64,000 nt of DNA, taken from contig WAPT01000001.1 in the NCBI GenBank assembly GCA_015520605.1, positions 1 through 64,000 on the forward strand, written 5' to 3'. Of the stretch, positions 20,663 through 30,074 are shown one piece after another. The translations under genes were made by a program, and so were the position numbers. Origin of the DNA: Nanobdellati archaeon. Lineage in GTDB: Archaea > EX4484-52 > WAPT01. The notes under the pieces are model-generated. The model did no database searches. It saw only the letters and a list, made by a program, of their open reading frames with translations, and was not told the DNA's origin. Every line of letters starts with the position of its first letter. The first letter of the stretch is position 1.

Positions 20663-20705
20663 AAAACAGGGACATCGCGAGATATTCCCGTAGCATCATC
20701 CCTGT
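20663..20705 (-). terminator. Hairpin plus U-tract after the pilin-like operon
   Basis: Minus strand reads ACAGGGA...TCCCTGT with an inner CGGGA/TCTCG stem, ending in TTTT, about 15 nt after the stop at 20720. Confidence 0.35.
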
Positions 20706-20719
20706 AGTGTGTGACCGGT

Positions 20720-21304
20720 TCAGCAGGGTGTGAGTGTTCTTGTGGTGATGATCCTGGTGTTTCCCGCAAGATCGGTGGCGATCACCACAATACCTCCGTA
20801 ATATTCTGTCTTCATCTCAGCGCGGAAGCACATGTCTGTATCCACACTATATACCCTAAAAGTGATATTTGCGGGAAGCGTTATGGAATAAGTCACCTCC
20901 TCGCGTTTCACATCCCAGGGTAGAAGGGGCGATGCAAAGACAATATTCCCATTCACATCCAGATAAAAGTTGGTTGTGTTTTCATTTCCATTGAAGAAAA
21001 GAAGGTCATAACCTGTGCCGTTTCTCTCCACCTCAAAAACGAACACGCTGACATTTTCACCTCTCTCTTTTAGTAGGGAAGATACCTCATCGTAAAATGA
21101 GACCACGGCATATCCATCGGTTTGCTTATCAGCCAGCATCGCTACCAGCGATTGGTCGAGGAATGTTCTGAACGCTTCCCTGCTCGTTGAGATGGTCAGA
21201 AAACTCGTTCTTCTTCCCATCCGAGGTACGGTCAGCAGTGATGACAGAACGAGGATGACCATTAAAGCCCCTATGATGAGCCACTGTCCCTTCCTCACTT
21301 TCAT
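20720..21304 (-). CDS. Minor pilin-like protein (class III signal)
   Basis: MKVRKG|QWLIIGALMVILVL. Start overlaps the upstream gene's stop. Confidence 0.75.
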   Translation of the reverse strand: MKVRKGQWLIIGALMVILVLSSLLTVPRMGRRTSFLTISTSREAFRTFLDQSLVAMLADKQTDGYAVVSFYDEVSSLLKERGENVSVFVFEVERNGTGYDLLFFNGNENTTNFYLDVNGNIVFASPLLPWDVKREEVTYSITLPANITFRVYSVDTDMCFRAEMKTEYYGGIVVIATDLAGNTRIITTRTLTPC

Positions 21305-21930
21305 TCGATTACCACCCTGATCTCGGCGTAATTTTGAGCATCCATAACCACGGGATAATAAACCTGTGCCACGTTATCAGTATCCTGGGTGTTGTTCCCA
21401 CACACAGATTCCTTTCTCACCACGATCCAGGCCGGGTTGGTGCAAGAAACGGAAAGGTATACCAGCCCCTCCAGACTGGGTGGAATTTCGATTCTGTAAA
21501 GTCTTGTGACCGTATAGTTCCCGAGTGTTGTGGAATTAACCTTAAAAAAGCACGATGTCAGGGTGGTCTCCACCGGGATGACGTCTATGTATGCTGTTTC
21601 GTTCTCCGCTATAATAAGATTAAGGGATGTGGAAAGGTTCGCAACTATGGCTTTTAAGCTCAGCATACCGATGTCAACATAGACCTTTTTTACCCCCACG
21701 TACGGTTGAACTATTCTCTTTATGCCTCCGGCATCACAGCTGATGGTATAATTTTGCAGCAGTGAAGCCCGTGCTGCGAAATCCATAATCTTCGAAAGCT
21801 TTTCGGTGTATATCCAATTGTCCCCCGTTTCTTTTTCCGGTAGAAGCAGCCACACCACAAAAGAGATAAGCAGCATTCCTGCTATAACACCCTCAATTAT
21901 GTGAATGTAGCCCTTACGTCCTATCTCCAT
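21301..21930 (-). CDS. Minor pilin-like protein (class III signal)
   Basis: MEIGRKG|YIHIIEGVIAGMLLISF. Confidence 0.75.
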   Translation of the reverse strand: MEIGRKGYIHIIEGVIAGMLLISFVVWLLLPEKETGDNWIYTEKLSKIMDFAARASLLQNYTISCDAGGIKRIVQPYVGVKKVYVDIGMLSLKAIVANLSTSLNLIIAENETAYIDVIPVETTLTSCFFKVNSTTLGNYTVTRLYRIEIPPSLEGLVYLSVSCTNPAWIVVRKESVCGNNTQDTDNVAQVYYPVVMDAQNYAEIRVVIE

Positions 21931-23120
21931 AACCTGATCACCATATCGACCGGAGTTATTGTTCCGTTCTCATAAAGCAATATGCCGGTGTATTTTCTCA
22001 CCCAGATGTTGGTGAAGAGAGGTTCCTTTTTCCCGAATGTGAAATTCCCGATGGTTACATTGAAATCGAAGCCTGTAACCCCCGAGTCCTCCTTTATTTT
22101 CTCATATGTGCTGTTCTTGATGCTGTTTAACGTGTTATCGCTCCAGATTCTCAACAAATAACGTCCTGCAACCGCCGTGGAGGAGTTGGTGAACAGCAAA
22201 TTCTCACAATCTCCACAATTAACAGCACCATCACAGAAGTATATTTCTGTTCTTTTTGTGTTCTCAAAGCTCACCCGTATGGTCAGGGTTCCAACCCTTA
22301 CATTGCATGCGGAACTGTCGGTCAGAAAGTTCATGTTTACGCCCGTGTTGGTATCGTAAAGGGAAATGAAACCGGTGCTCACAGCATAATTCCAGCCGTT
22401 TACCAATGTGGTTGATGATGACCCATCATACAATGTATCAAAGTCCCTTACAAGCACGAATGTGTAATTCTGGGGGTTCTCGGATATCAGCCATAGTCTC
22501 GGTGAGTAGGCATCCATGATGAGTTCCGTTGTGTTGAAGTCCAGCTCGATGAACGAGCACCCGTAGATAGAGCGCTGAAAGTTTGAGGGCATGAGCACGG
22601 GTTGAAATAGATAATTTGTGCCGTTGAAGTCCAGGGACGTTATGGAAGCTGTGCCGTATCCCACTTCTAGATACGTGTTCAGTATGCTATTCGTCCCTTC
22701 CCCGAGGTCGGACACGCATCCGTATGTTTTTATATCCCCGGAAGATACGCAGAGAAACGGCAATCCCGTGGTCACCACACTCCTTATTTTCCCGTCATGC
22801 ACACCGACGGGAAGTGTTCTATTTTTCTGAAAGCATGTGGTTATGGATGAGTTAGCGGCTGTAAACTCAACTGGGTAATGCTCAACGCGGCATCCATTCA
22901 CGACCCCCATATATGCCTCTGCGTCCGTGCTGAAAGCTTCGGCGACCCTTAGTATCTGGGCTGCCGCTAATCCTGGATCGTGTCTCTGAAAGGTGACCAG
23001 ATACTTCGCGTTAAGAAATTTTAATGAAATTGTGAGCGTTGTCAGAAAGATGATCATTGCCAGAGTCCATTCAAAATATGTTGTGGCCTTTCTCGAATCT
23101 CTTATGGTTGTTCTTCTCAT
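21921..23120 (-). CDS. Large minor pilin-like/adhesin protein (class III signal)
   Basis: RDSRKA|TTYFEWTLAMIIFL with Glu at +5. Body rich in Asn/Thr/Ser/Cys with many sequons. SD GGAGG upstream. Confidence 0.72.
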   Translation of the reverse strand: MRRTTIRDSRKATTYFEWTLAMIIFLTTLTISLKFLNAKYLVTFQRHDPGLAAAQILRVAEAFSTDAEAYMGVVNGCRVEHYPVEFTAANSSITTCFQKNRTLPVGVHDGKIRSVVTTGLPFLCVSSGDIKTYGCVSDLGEGTNSILNTYLEVGYGTASITSLDFNGTNYLFQPVLMPSNFQRSIYGCSFIELDFNTTELIMDAYSPRLWLISENPQNYTFVLVRDFDTLYDGSSSTTLVNGWNYAVSTGFISLYDTNTGVNMNFLTDSSACNVRVGTLTIRVSFENTKRTEIYFCDGAVNCGDCENLLFTNSSTAVAGRYLLRIWSDNTLNSIKNSTYEKIKEDSGVTGFDFNVTIGNFTFGKKEPLFTNIWVRKYTGILLYENGTITPVDMVIRLWR

Positions 23121-23143
23121 GCTCCCAAAACCCCCTCCTCCCG

Positions 23144-23704
23144 TTATCTTATTCTTATGTTTATCATAGTCGAATTGTACACCTTCCCTTCATTTCTCAA
23201 TACAAGCGTTGTGGATCCCTCCGATAAAAACAGATTTCTTTCGAATGAACACGATTCGCACGGTATCATGATCCTGATCACAAAGTCTTTCGATAACCAG
23301 TCCTGCCCGTACCCGAACGTCGGGACGGCATCATCCGGAACCTCGCCAAAGTAAATGGACTTGCTCCTCCTTTCTATCTTTGAGTTATCTTTGGCTGTAA
23401 AAAAAATGTACATCTTGGATTCCAGTGGAGTAACAACGCTAACACCTGCTGATGTGTTCTGCCAGCTGGAATTATAGGTGGAGAAAAGCAGGATTCCGGC
23501 AGAATAGCTGTCAGTATTTCCGTAAACTAAGGGTACCTCATCGCTCCTGTGGGTTTCGGTGAAGTTGCTCAAAATTTCAACTGAAAGCGACCGTGCTGAG
23601 ATGTTCTGCGCCTTAACAAAGACGGACAAGAGCGTGATGAGCACAGCTCCGACTATGACAAGCATGAATGAGATGAGAAGCGCTGAAGCTCTTGCTGTTT
23701 TCAT
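23144..23704 (-). CDS. Membrane-anchored/secreted protein, first gene of the pilin-like operon
   Basis: N-terminal hydrophobic helix after MKTARA. The body resembles the C-terminus of CDS 4060-6465. Confidence 0.7.
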   Translation of the reverse strand: MKTARASALLISFMLVIVGAVLITLLSVFVKAQNISARSLSVEILSNFTETHRSDEVPLVYGNTDSYSAGILLFSTYNSSWQNTSAGVSVVTPLESKMYIFFTAKDNSKIERRSKSIYFGEVPDDAVPTFGYGQDWLSKDFVIRIMIPCESCSFERNLFLSEGSTTLVLRNEGKVYNSTMINIRIR

Positions 23705-23769
23705 GAAGAGGTAAATGGATTCGGAACAATAAAAAATTTGACAACCACATGCTTTATTTGGTGATAAAA

Positions 23770-25095
23770 ATGAATGAGAGCGTTTTGCTTGAAAACTGTT
23801 CGTGGATAGTGACGCAGAACGGAAATCGGGATGTTTTGAGGGACAAATACATAATCATCGAGGACGGTAAGATAAAGGCGATTACGGGTCATGTTGAAAG
23901 TAGCAGAAGATTCGACAGGGTCATAGATTGCAAAGGCAGGGTTGTTCTTCCCGCACTGATAAACGGGCACACGCATGCCGCAATGACCCTTATGAGAGGG
24001 TACAACGACGATGCGGAGCTTCACGAATGGCTGGACTCAGTGTGGAGGGTCGAGGCAAAGCTGACAGGAAGGGATGTTGAAGCCGGTACGTTGCTTGCCT
24101 GTCTTGAAATGCTTAAAACGGGCACGTGCTGCTTTGTGGACATGTACTTTTTCATGGAGGATGCTGCAAAAGCTGTTGAAAAAGCTGGGATAAAGGCCTT
24201 GCTTGGCTACGGCATGCTTGATTTTGGTAATGAAGAAAAGAGAAAGGAAGAGCTCAAGGAGTGTAAAAGGCTCCTCGAGCTTCTCAAGAAAAAAAGCAAC
24301 AGAAGACTAAGAGGTGTTGTGGCCCCCCATGCAATTTATACATGCTCCGCTGAGCTACTGCAGGAAGCCATGGAAATAGCAAAAAGTTATGGCGTGCTTT
24401 ACACAATTCACCTTTCCGAAACAAGAAAGGAGGTGCACGAGTGCTTCAGAACTCACAGAAAGTATCCAGTTGAGTATCTTGATGACCTCGGAGTGCTCAA
24501 TGACAGGTTTGTTGGGTTCCATGCAGCTTGGCTTACAAGAAACGAGATATCCCTCCTTGCGAGAAAAGGTGGGGGGGTGGTGCATTGCCCTGTGTCTAAC
24601 ATGAAGCTGGCGACGGGTGGTGCTTTTCCGTTCAGAGAGTACCTCAAAGCGGGAGTGCTCACAGCGCTTGGCACGGATGGAGCGTGCTCAAACAACAGCC
24701 TGAACATGCTTGAGGAGATGAAATTTGCCGCACTCCTACAGAAGTGGTTCAGATGGAACGCAAGGGAAATGAGCGCACAGCAAGCTTTGGACATGGCAAC
24801 TGTAAACGCGTCAAAATTGTTCCGGCTCAATAATGGTAGTGTCGAACCCGGAAAAGATGCGGATCTCCTCGTTCTAAATGCAAGCTCATGCTTTATGCTC
24901 CCTTATCATAATGTGGTTTCAAACATCGTTTACGCTTCTTCCTACTTCACCGTTGAGCACGTGTTGATCGATGGTGAGGTTGTGATAGAGCAGGGGAGGC
25001 ATACCGCTTTAGATGAAGAGGAGGTTATAAGCACCTTCCTGAAGAGGGTCGAAAGCCTAATGGAAAGAGCCGAAACGGGGGATGAGAAGCAATGA
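23770..25095 (+). CDS. Amidohydrolase, 5'-methylthioadenosine/SAH/5'-deoxyadenosine deaminase family
   Basis: INGHTH, APHAIY, HLSET, HCPVSNMKLA, LGTDG. Start set at ATG 23770 after SD GGTGA. Confidence 0.88.
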   Translation: MNESVLLENCSWIVTQNGNRDVLRDKYIIIEDGKIKAITGHVESSRRFDRVIDCKGRVVLPALINGHTHAAMTLMRGYNDDAELHEWLDSVWRVEAKLTGRDVEAGTLLACLEMLKTGTCCFVDMYFFMEDAAKAVEKAGIKALLGYGMLDFGNEEKRKEELKECKRLLELLKKKSNRRLRGVVAPHAIYTCSAELLQEAMEIAKSYGVLYTIHLSETRKEVHECFRTHRKYPVEYLDDLGVLNDRFVGFHAAWLTRNEISLLARKGGGVVHCPVSNMKLATGGAFPFREYLKAGVLTALGTDGACSNNSLNMLEEMKFAALLQKWFRWNAREMSAQQALDMATVNASKLFRLNNGSVEPGKDADLLVLNASSCFMLPYHNVVSNIVYASSYFTVEHVLIDGEVVIEQGRHTALDEEEVISTFLKRVESLMERAETGDEKQ

Positions 25096-25763
25096 GAGCT
25101 CTTGCTCTTCTCTCCGGGGGAAAGGACAGCTGGTATGCTGCCTACCTGGCATCACTCATGGGTATGGAGTTAAAGCTAGCGGTAACCTTCATCCCGGAAA
25201 GCAAGGACTCTTACATGCTGCATTACCCAACTCTTGACCTCGTCCCTATTCAGTGTAAACTTGCCCGTATATCCCAGCTCAGTTTTGGTGTGTCCGGAGT
25301 GAAGGAGAAGGAAGTTGAGGAAATGACATCCCATCTCAGAAAATTGGTGGATGAGTATGATATAAAGGCCTTGGTTTGTGGCGCGGTTCAAAGCGAGTAC
25401 CAGAAAATGCGCGTGGAGTTCATCGCCGAAGAGTTAGGATTGATTAGCTACGCCCCGTTATGGAAGAAAGATGAGCGCAACCTTCTGGAGGAGATTGTAA
25501 GAGATGCGGGCTTCAGATTCCTTGTGGTGAGGGTTGCCGCCGAAGGATTAGAAAATTGGATAGGAAAGATTGTTGACAACCGGAATTTTGATAGCTTCCT
25601 GAACGATTTGGAAAAGGCGAGGGCAAATCCAATAGGAGAGGGAGGAGAGTACGAAACTCTCGTGATTTATATGCCGCTCTTTTCGAATGAGATTAGAATC
25701 AAAGGGTTTGATGTACTAAAGTATGGAAATTCCAAAGAAATCAAGATAAAAGGTGTGAATTAG
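25092..25763 (+). CDS. dph6: Diphthine-ammonia ligase (Dph6-like PP-loop ATPase)
   Basis: LSGGKDS, SYMLH, SEYQ, APLW, GEGGEYET. Confidence 0.88.
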   Translation: MRALALLSGGKDSWYAAYLASLMGMELKLAVTFIPESKDSYMLHYPTLDLVPIQCKLARISQLSFGVSGVKEKEVEEMTSHLRKLVDEYDIKALVCGAVQSEYQKMRVEFIAEELGLISYAPLWKKDERNLLEEIVRDAGFRFLVVRVAAEGLENWIGKIVDNRNFDSFLNDLEKARANPIGEGGEYETLVIYMPLFSNEIRIKGFDVLKYGNSKEIKIKGVN

Positions 25764-25871
25764 TGTTTGCATTTGAATGCCCTTCTAGCTGGCTCGTTTT
25801 AAAAATAAAAATCTTTTCATCACATTATACCCTCAAGAGGTGTTAAGGTGTTAAGATAAAGAGGTGTTAAG

Positions 25872-26417
25872 ATGGGGGGACACCCTACCTCAATTCACAA
25901 TGTTGTGGCATCATGCCAGACTGATTCTAAAATTCCGCTGGCAAAGCTTGCCAACGAGATTGAAGGTATAGAGTATGAGCCGGAGCAGTTTCCTGGGTTG
26001 GTTCTCAGACTGAACGAACCAAAGGCTGCAGCGCTCATTTTCAGTTCGGGCAAAATCGTATGCACGGGAACAAAATCTCCGGAAGAGGCGAAGAAAGCCG
26101 TTAACGCTCTGGTTGACCTCATGCGGAAGGTGGGAATAAACATCAACGAGATCAAGGCGGTGGACATTCAGAACATAGTGGCATCATCATATCTGGGTAA
26201 AGAGGTCAATCTCAACAAGATAGCCTACGAACTCGATGACTGCGAGTATGAGCCGGAGCAGTTTCCCGGGCTTGTGCACAGGATGGATGAAGAGAATGTT
26301 GTGTTCCTCATTTTTACTTCCGGTAAGATCATATGTACTGGAGGTAAGAGTATAGAACAGATAGAAAGGAGCATAGAAAAGCTCAAGCAGAAACTAAAAG
26401 CAATAGGCGCTCTTTAA
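25872..26417 (+). CDS. tbp: TATA-box binding protein
   Basis: Two repeats of NxVAS...YEPEQFPGLV...LIF(S/T)SGKI(V/I)CTG. Confidence 0.98.
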   Translation: MGGHPTSIHNVVASCQTDSKIPLAKLANEIEGIEYEPEQFPGLVLRLNEPKAAALIFSSGKIVCTGTKSPEEAKKAVNALVDLMRKVGININEIKAVDIQNIVASSYLGKEVNLNKIAYELDDCEYEPEQFPGLVHRMDEENVVFLIFTSGKIICTGGKSIEQIERSIEKLKQKLKAIGAL

Positions 26418-26518
26418 CTGGAACCATCAGCTTTTTGAATTTTAGGAATGACCAAACTCAAAAATAGTTCTTCTCACGCTTCCAAACAAATTAAAATGTT
26501 GGACGGAAATCTCTCCTC

Positions 26519-28534
26519 ATGGCTCTGGAATATGATGAACTTGTTCAAAGACTGGAGCTGTTCTTCTCTGAAGCAGCCTACAAGGAAATTCTCGAAGCAG
26601 CTCAAAAGAAAACGAGCGCGATCATAGATTTTCAGAAGCTTGAGCTTTTTGATCCCGACCTGGCTGACTTTCTTGTTGAGAACCCGGACGAGTTCTTCAA
26701 AGCTGTTGATGAAGCCCTCCTCGCGATTGATCTTGGTGAGGAGTTTGAAGGTAAGCTAAACGTCAGATTTTCCAATCTGCCTGAGGATTACGTTATTCCT
26801 ATTAAGCACATAAGGAGCAAGCACATCAACAAGTTTATAGGCATTGAGGGTGTAATAAAACTTGCATCGGAGGTAAGGCCGGAGATAACTGCAGCCACGT
26901 TTGAGTGTGGGTACTGCGGTCAAAGGATAACCCTCCTGCAGGAGAAACCAACACTTAAAAAACCAGCTATGTGTGACTGCGGGAACAAGAAGCATTTTGA
27001 GCTTGTGGATAGAAGGCTTGTCGATATTCAGCACGTGGTCGTGGAGGAAATACCCGAGAAGGTTGAGGGAGCTCAGCCATCCAAAATATCGGTGTTCCTG
27101 AAAGATGACCTCGTTGATCCGAAGTTCCAGAAGAGAGTGGTTCCCGGAGCTAAAGTAAGGATGAGCGGAATATTGAGGGACAAACCTCTCGGGTTCGGGA
27201 CGGAGAAGGAAACTAAAAGGAGAGATCTCTACATCGAGGCTAACTACATAGAACCGCTCGAGCTTGAGTATGAGGACATAGAGATAACGGAGGAGGACGA
27301 AAAGGAAATAAAAAAACTTGCCAAAAGGCCGGACATTTACGAGTTGCTGATAAAATCAATAGCCCCATCGATTTATGGTTATGAGGATGTGAAGGAAGCG
27401 ATAGCACTGCAATTGTTCGGTGGCGTCAGGAAGGAGAGGAAGGATGGAACTGTAACGAGAGGGGACATTCACATTTTGCTGGTGGGAGATCCCGGTGCGG
27501 GTAAATCAGCCCTGCTGAAATATGTGGCCAAGTTGGCACCAAAAGCGAGATATGTGGTTGGTAGGGCAGCTACAGCTTCTGGTCTTACAGCAACGGTGGT
27601 GAGGGACGAGTTCCTTAAGGGCTGGGCTCTCGAAGCCGGGGCGCTCGTGCTGGCGAACAAGGGCATAGCCGTGGTGGATGAGATAGATAAGATGAGTGCT
27701 GAGGATAGAGTTGCCATGCACGAGATTATGGAGCAGCAGACGTGTACTGTGGCTAAAGCAAACGTGCAGGCCACGCTCCAGGCACAAACTACAATACTCG
27801 CTGCGGCAAATCCAAAATTCGGAAGATTTGATCCGTTCACACCCCTTCCGGAACAGATAGGACTGCCTGAAACCTTGCTTTCCAGGTTTGACCTTATCTT
27901 TGCAATAAGAGATGTACCCGATCCGGAAAGAGATAAACAGCTTGTGAGACATATCCTCAAGCTGCACGAGGATCCTGAGAGTGAGGAGCCACCCATAGAT
28001 CCACAGCTCCTCAGAAAATACATAGCCTATGCAAGAAACAACGTGTTTCCCGGGATTACGAAGGCTGCTGAAAAATACATAGAGAATTTTTATGTCGGTC
28101 TGAGGAATAAATACTCCCAGGAAAATACCGGTGGTGTGCCTATAACCACAAGGCAGCTTGAAGCCATAATAAGGTTGGCTGAAGCTTCTGCAAGGGTGCG
28201 GCTCTCCAAAAAAGTCACGAAAAAGGATGCCGAAAGAGCTGTGAGAATAATGAAGAACTATCTTATGAAGCTCGGGCTCGATCCCGAAACGGGCTACCTG
28301 GACATAGATAGAATAGAGACGGGGATCTCCTCAAGCCAGCGCAACAAGATAAAGCTGCTCCTTGCATTGATAGAAAACCTCCAGAACGAAAGTCCTGAGG
28401 GTATGGTCAGCGTGTCCGACCTCCTCGCGGCAGCGGAGAGCAGCGGGATAAGTGATGCCGCAGAAATACTGGACAAGCTGAAGAGGAGCGGAGAGATATT
28501 CGAACCGCGCGCAGGCTATATAAAGAAGGTATGA
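26519..28534 (+). CDS. mcm: MCM replicative helicase
   Basis: Zn-finger Cys cluster (CGYC...CDC), Walker A GDPGAGKS, Walker B DEIDK, SRFD, TTRQLE and a C-terminal winged helix. No intein. Confidence 0.98.
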   Translation: MALEYDELVQRLELFFSEAAYKEILEAAQKKTSAIIDFQKLELFDPDLADFLVENPDEFFKAVDEALLAIDLGEEFEGKLNVRFSNLPEDYVIPIKHIRSKHINKFIGIEGVIKLASEVRPEITAATFECGYCGQRITLLQEKPTLKKPAMCDCGNKKHFELVDRRLVDIQHVVVEEIPEKVEGAQPSKISVFLKDDLVDPKFQKRVVPGAKVRMSGILRDKPLGFGTEKETKRRDLYIEANYIEPLELEYEDIEITEEDEKEIKKLAKRPDIYELLIKSIAPSIYGYEDVKEAIALQLFGGVRKERKDGTVTRGDIHILLVGDPGAGKSALLKYVAKLAPKARYVVGRAATASGLTATVVRDEFLKGWALEAGALVLANKGIAVVDEIDKMSAEDRVAMHEIMEQQTCTVAKANVQATLQAQTTILAAANPKFGRFDPFTPLPEQIGLPETLLSRFDLIFAIRDVPDPERDKQLVRHILKLHEDPESEEPPIDPQLLRKYIAYARNNVFPGITKAAEKYIENFYVGLRNKYSQENTGGVPITTRQLEAIIRLAEASARVRLSKKVTKKDAERAVRIMKNYLMKLGLDPETGYLDIDRIETGISSSQRNKIKLLLALIENLQNESPEGMVSVSDLLAAAESSGISDAAEILDKLKRSGEIFEPRAGYIKKV

Positions 28535-28547
28535 AAGGTAATGAAAT

Positions 28548-29297
28548 ATGAAGAAAAAAGCTCCAGCTGTTAGGTGCAGAATAAAGGACGTTCTTAAAGG
28601 AAAGTATGTACCCACAACCGATCTCACCCCTGGGTATGTCCTCCTGCCTATTGGTGTAAGAGCTTATAAAGTCATGCTTCACGGTGTGGTCACCCAGATC
28701 TATATCAATGAGTCAAGAACTTACGGTTTCCTTGTGCTGGAGGACGGCACAGGAAGAATAAGAGCCAAGTTCTTCAGCGGGATAAAAATGCTTGAAAATA
28801 TCAACCGGGGAGATAGCGTAGCTGTCATCGGAAGGATCAGGGAGTACAATGAGGAGAGGTATCTTGCCGTTACGGGTATCAGAAAACTGCAAACTCCAGA
28901 GGAAGAAGCTACGTTCAGACTCGATATGGCGGTTAAGCTGAGCAGAATGCTTGATGCTGCAAAGAGCATAGCTAAAGCAATAAAAAGTGCCGAGAGTTTG
29001 GATGAGGCTCTGAAGCTGTGCGGACATCACCCAGAGTATCTCGTTGCCGGGGTTTATGAGCTCGAGAGGTTTGTGGAGGAGAAAAGTGCTGCCGAGAGCA
29101 GGAGCGCTGATGAGAAGGATCTGAAGGAAATCATATTAAGTATTATAAAGGATAATGATGAGGGGGATGGTGTGGATTACGTCAAGATAATACAGCTTGC
29201 GGGCCTTCCAGAGAGCGTGGTAGAAAGGGTGATAAATGAGCTGCTCGAAGAGGGATCATGCTACGAACCAAAACCAGGAAGGATAAAGATGGTCTGA
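28548..29297 (+). CDS. RPA32/Rpa2-like OB-fold + winged-helix ssDNA-binding protein
   Basis: OB fold (LEDGTGRI...VIGRIREY) and C-terminal wH (LLEEGSCYEPKPG). Confidence 0.8.
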   Translation: MKKKAPAVRCRIKDVLKGKYVPTTDLTPGYVLLPIGVRAYKVMLHGVVTQIYINESRTYGFLVLEDGTGRIRAKFFSGIKMLENINRGDSVAVIGRIREYNEERYLAVTGIRKLQTPEEEATFRLDMAVKLSRMLDAAKSIAKAIKSAESLDEALKLCGHHPEYLVAGVYELERFVEEKSAAESRSADEKDLKEIILSIIKDNDEGDGVDYVKIIQLAGLPESVVERVINELLEEGSCYEPKPGRIKMV

Positions 29298-29308
29298 GGT
29301 GGTGAAAG

Positions 29309-29731
29309 ATGGCCGAAATGGACATAATGGATTATGATGCTCTGCTGGAAAGGGCAAAGAAACAGCTTCCGGAATCCGTTCTCGTTAAGGAAAGGTTCGA
29401 GATTCCTGTGCTCAGATCCATAATAGTAGGTAACAGAACCTTCATAAAGAAGTTCACGGATGTGTGCGATTATATAAGAAGGGATCCGAAACATCTCCTG
29501 AAATTCTTAGCAAAGGAGCTGGGTACTCAAGGTGAGATTGAGGGCGGTGATGCTGTTTTCCAGGGCAAATTCAGCAATGCCGTAATAAACAAGAAGTTTG
29601 AAAGATATGTCAAGGACTATGTGCTGTGCCACGAGTGTGGCAAACCGGATACAAAGCTCTTCAAGGAGGGCAGGATAATGATGCTCAAGTGTGAGGCGTG
29701 CGGGGCCATAAGACCTGTGGAGAAAATATAA
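29309..29731 (+). CDS. eif2b: Translation initiation factor aIF-2 beta
   Basis: YDALLERA, ERFEIP, RDPKH, and C4 Zn ribbon CHECGKPDT...CEACGA. Confidence 0.96.
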   Translation: MAEMDIMDYDALLERAKKQLPESVLVKERFEIPVLRSIIVGNRTFIKKFTDVCDYIRRDPKHLLKFLAKELGTQGEIEGGDAVFQGKFSNAVINKKFERYVKDYVLCHECGKPDTKLFKEGRIMMLKCEACGAIRPVEKI

Positions 29732-29741
29732 GGGCAGGCCT

Positions 29742-30056
29742 ATGGAAAAGTTCTATCTCACTGTAAGGGATAGCCCGCACGGTAGTGTAGTTGCAGTATG
29801 TGACAAGGAGATTTTCGGAAAGAAATTCGAAGAAGGGGATCTAGTTCTCGATCTCACGACCGCCTTCTATTTTGAAGAGGGAAAAACCACCGAAACCGAG
29901 GATGTTGAGTTGATCGTGAAGAAAGTAAGAGAGGCCTTTACCTCAAACATAGTGGGTAATAGTATTGTTGATGCGCTTCTGGAGAGAGGAATCATAAAGA
30001 GAAGTGGTGTAAAGAGCATAGCTGGAGTTAAATATGCCATGACATTTAAAATATAG
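29742..30056 (+). CDS. DUF424 family protein
   Basis: VVAVCDKEIFGKKF...FY...NIVG. A typical neighbour of aIF-2 beta/NMD3. Confidence 0.85.
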   Translation: MEKFYLTVRDSPHGSVVAVCDKEIFGKKFEEGDLVLDLTTAFYFEEGKTTETEDVELIVKKVREAFTSNIVGNSIVDALLERGIIKRSGVKSIAGVKYAMTFKI

Positions 30057-30074
30057 AATATATCACTGTGTTCT

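Noticed and set aside
26519-28534. Intein in MCM, or a replication origin beside it
   Set aside because: 671 aa with contiguous Walker motifs. Flanking gaps are short, with no ORB-like repeats and no cdc6/orc1.
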